IMG/VR virus record: IMGVR_UViG_3300048839_000591
Span: 1 to 57,019 of that record
From: a virus
Taxonomy: Duplodnaviria; Caudoviricetes
Strand: one strand, 5' to 3'
DNA: 57,019 nucleotides
The position numbers and the translations under genes were made by a program. Below, one piece after another: positions 54,512-57,019 of this stretch. The notes under the pieces were generated by a model, which worked only from the letters and a program-made list of their open reading frames with translations, was not told the origin of the DNA and ran no database searches. The first letter of the stretch is position 1. Every line of letters begins with the position of its first letter.

Positions 54512-57019
54512 TAGCCAAGAACCCTTCGCTTCTGGTCGTCCAGAAGGTCAACCAGTTCGGAGTAGAGCAGTTCACCGCTGGGTAGGTAGATGTTATTGAC
54601 GATGGACGATGGGCCACTCGACGGGGCGCCCGCACCGGAAACGCTCGCCTGCTCATCAGCCGTCGCCGTATTTGTTGATGACGCGCTCGGTGCTACGTAG
54701 CCCGCCGCGACCGGCCCGTAGCGTGGTCGCTGGCCTTGCCCTTGGCTGCCGACTTCGCCAGCACCAGGGCCGGTAATCAGGAAGCCATCGTTGAAGGCCA
54801 CCGCACCCGCTTCTTGCTTGATGAGGCCGAGGAGTTGCGCCAAGAGTTGGAGTTTCGCGTTCAGTTCATCAACGCCGTCGGCGCCGGTCAGCATGGCTTC
54901 CACGAGGTCGACGGTCAGCGAATCTTCCAGCCGTTCCAATTCGGGGAGCACCGCATCACGCAGCACATCGACCGGGAACATGGCCATGAATTGCTCAGGG
55001 GTGATCCCGCCTTCGAGGAACGAGTCAGCCAGAGGCCGGGCCAAGGCCGCGCCACTTTCGCCCATCACTGGCATCAAGGCGCGAATCTGCGCTAGGGCGT
55101 CATCGGTCATGACCACCACGGCGTCTTTCAGTGCCGGGTCTTCGATTAGTCCCTCAGCGATGGCTTGGGTCATGATGCCGCCGATACGGGCCAGGTCGCC
55201 TTCTTTGGTGGCCAGTTCATCGGATAACGCGTCAATCATGGCTTGCGGAGCACCAGCCATTGAGAGCACCGCGATATCCCGTTGCAGCGCGGCGATATCC
55301 TCAGCCATGCGTTCGACCAGGTCACCGGAGGTGAAATCGTCCATCGATCCGGTCAGGAGTTCCCAGAAGCTCTGTTCGCGTTGGGCGCGTTCGAATGCTT
55401 CGACCATGCCGCGCCGAACGGCCTCGCCGTAGAGTTGCCCGGCCAGTTCCAGTTCACGAATCGTTTCGCCGATGTCGTCACGCACACCAGCGAGCACGAT
55501 TTCCGGCGCGTTGATGCCTTCGAGCAACAGCAGTTCGGTACGCAGATCCTTCAGTTGCCCTTCGAGGTCGCTGATGTAGCCACCGGAGATAATGTCCTGT
55601 GTCTGCCCGGAGATGGTCGAGAACAGGTCTTCGAGCGCGGCTTGTGCGTCCATCCAGTTCTGTTCGTCCGTCGCGACGCCGACCAGGTCTTGAATCGTGC
55701 GTCCGGTGTTCTCCGACCAGCGGGCGAGCAATGCCCCAGCGGCGTCTAACTCACTTTGCAGTTTGGCGCGGGTCTCTTCATCGGCACCGCTAAGAATGGC
55801 GTCTTGCAGGTCGTCACCGAGTTCCTGGTAGCGCCGTGAGAGTTGCAGGGCCACCCGGTCATCAATGTGGCCCGCCAGTTCACCGATACGAGAGGTATCG
55901 GCTGCCATGCCGCTGATAATCGCGCTGGCGATTTCGGTGGCGCGTGATGAGGCCGTTTCTGCCGCGTCCGGCATCCCCTCGAACACCCAGTCCCAAGACG
56001 GTTGGGTTTTGAACGGTCCCTTTTCTGCCGGTGATTGCGGGATATAGGCGTTGAGATCCCAAATCGCGGCGATCGCCGCGTCGGTGTTGACATACGGATT
56101 GATGGTGAAGGTCCGCGGGACGCTATCGATCGCGCCCTGGAGATTGCCGATATTGGTCAGCGCATTGGTGACATCAGCCGTTGCCGTGATGCTCGGGTCC
56201 GGCATCGCCTCGCCCTCGATGTTGACGGTCTCGATGTTCTGTAAGGCGTTGTCGATGGCAACTTGTGCGACCAGCTCAGGGTCAGACATATTGGCAATGT
56301 CGCCACCGAGGACCGAGATGTTCTCCTGGGCGCTGTCGATGTGAACGTTGGCAACCAGTTCCGGGTCACTCAGATTGGCCAGGTCGCCAGCAAATACGGA
56401 AAGATTCTGGTCAGCCTCGCCGGTATCGAGCGTGACACTGGCATCGGTTGTTTCGGGAATCAATCCGAGACTCGCAATCAGGTCTGAGACGACGCTAACC
56501 AGTTCTTCAATCGAGCCATAGAGTTGTTCGGTAGCGGCCATCAGGTTCTCGGAGGAGACAATGGCTGGGTCGATGCCCTTGGCTAGTTCTGCCGCTGCTT
56601 GGTTGAACTGCTCCTGGTTGAGTTCGCCGCTAGCCAGTTGGGCGTTCAGGTCATCGAGACCCTTGTTATACCGGGCACGCGCAGCCTCAGCGCTCACCAG
56701 TGAAGCTTCTTCGTCAGCGACGCCGCCAGCGTACCGACCAACCGCCCAGGTCAAATCGTCATATTGCTGTTTCTGTTCTTCTGAGAGTGGAATACCGGCT
56801 TCGATCTGCTTATTCAGAATATCGAGCGCGCCTTCCGCGCTACTGAGCATGCCTTCCCAGTGGGAGACATGCGCGCTCGCCTCAGCCACCGAGTTGTTCC
56901 ATGAGGCGTTGATGATGTGGACGGCATCGAGGCTGGAGGCCAGGCTATCGACTTCCTCTTTGAGCTGCTTGGTTGCACCGCCCGCCGCAGCCATGGCTGC
57001 GGGCCTGCCCTGCTCCATA
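54511..57019 (-). CDS. Tail tape measure protein, C-terminal part (joined to 1..2072)
   Basis: Helical Ala/Glu-rich; PQSPAEKGP motif; VNNIYL C-terminus. Confidence 0.9.
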   Translation of the reverse strand, partial: MEQGRPAAMAAAGGATKQLKEEVDSLASSLDAVHIINASWNNSVAEASAHVSHWEGMLSSAEGALDILNKQIEAGIPLSEEQKQQYDDLTWAVGRYAGGVADEEASLVSAEAARARYNKGLDDLNAQLASGELNQEQFNQAAAELAKGIDPAIVSSENLMAATEQLYGSIEELVSVVSDLIASLGLIPETTDASVTLDTGEADQNLSVFAGDLANLSDPELVANVHIDSAQENISVLGGDIANMSDPELVAQVAIDNALQNIETVNIEGEAMPDPSITATADVTNALTNIGNLQGAIDSVPRTFTINPYVNTDAAIAAIWDLNAYIPQSPAEKGPFKTQPSWDWVFEGMPDAAETASSRATEIASAIISGMAADTSRIGELAGHIDDRVALQLSRRYQELGDDLQDAILSGADEETRAKLQSELDAAGALLARWSENTGRTIQDLVGVATDEQNWMDAQAALEDLFSTISGQTQDIISGGYISDLEGQLKDLRTELLLLEGINAPEIVLAGVRDDIGETIRELELAGQLYGEAVRRGMVEAFERAQREQSFWELLTGSMDDFTSGDLVERMAEDIAALQRDIAVLSMAGAPQAMIDALSDELATKEGDLARIGGIMTQAIAEGLIEDPALKDAVVVMTDDALAQIRALMPVMGESGAALARPLADSFLEGGITPEQFMAMFPVDVLRDAVLPELERLEDSLTVDLVEAMLTGADGVDELNAKLQLLAQLLGLIKQEAGAVAFNDGFLITGPGAGEVGSQGQGQRPRYGPVAAGYVAPSASSTNTATADEQASVSGAGAPSSGPSSIVNNIYLPSGELLYSELVDLLDDQKRRVLG
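56879..57019. repeat. Terminal direct repeat, right copy
   Basis: Matches 1-141 with one mismatch. Confidence 0.95.

Noticed and set aside
1-57019. CRISPR array, DGR/retron, IS transposase, rRNA
   Set aside because: No spaced repeat array, reverse transcriptase, transposase or rRNA-like sequence was recognised.

Overview
This window is an apparently complete, circularly permuted genome of a temperate long-tailed (siphovirus-like) phage. Bases 1-141 repeat at 56879-57019, giving a unit genome of about 56,878 bp, and the tape-measure gene runs across the join. The host is probably a Chloroflexota bacterium, inferred from the endolysin C-terminal repeat. Almost all genes are on the minus strand, in this order: early/replication (RHH Cro-like, RecT/Bet-like, DnaB, initiator, Mom-like XF1762, RusA); Com-like zinc finger, terminase, portal, head; a roughly 8 kb sugar-modification island; head-tail and tail genes; lysis; fibre/appendage genes; a tRNA-like gene. 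The plus strand carries the repressor, integrase, a few morons and one HNH gene. Most notable observations: (1) A glycan island (GT4, GT17, GT2-like, O-methyltransferase, and a GDP-mannose 3,5-epimerase paired with an RGP/STELLO-like mutase) sits inside the virion operon and may make a rare L-galactofuranose coat. (2) Three HNH endonuclease insertions each appear to preserve the gene they invaded in a different way: in-frame overprinting, a recoded 3' end, and a replacement 5' end with a stop/frame break. (3) Promoter-leader-terminator RNAs, two of them covarying, precede the three late operons, and the first precedes a Com-like zinc-finger gene, suggesting an antitermination switch. (4) A Leu-type tRNA body has a 6-nt non-canonical anticodon loop. 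(5) A LexA-like repressor lacks its Ser/Lys dyad. Family names come from motif recognition by eye; no database searches were run.
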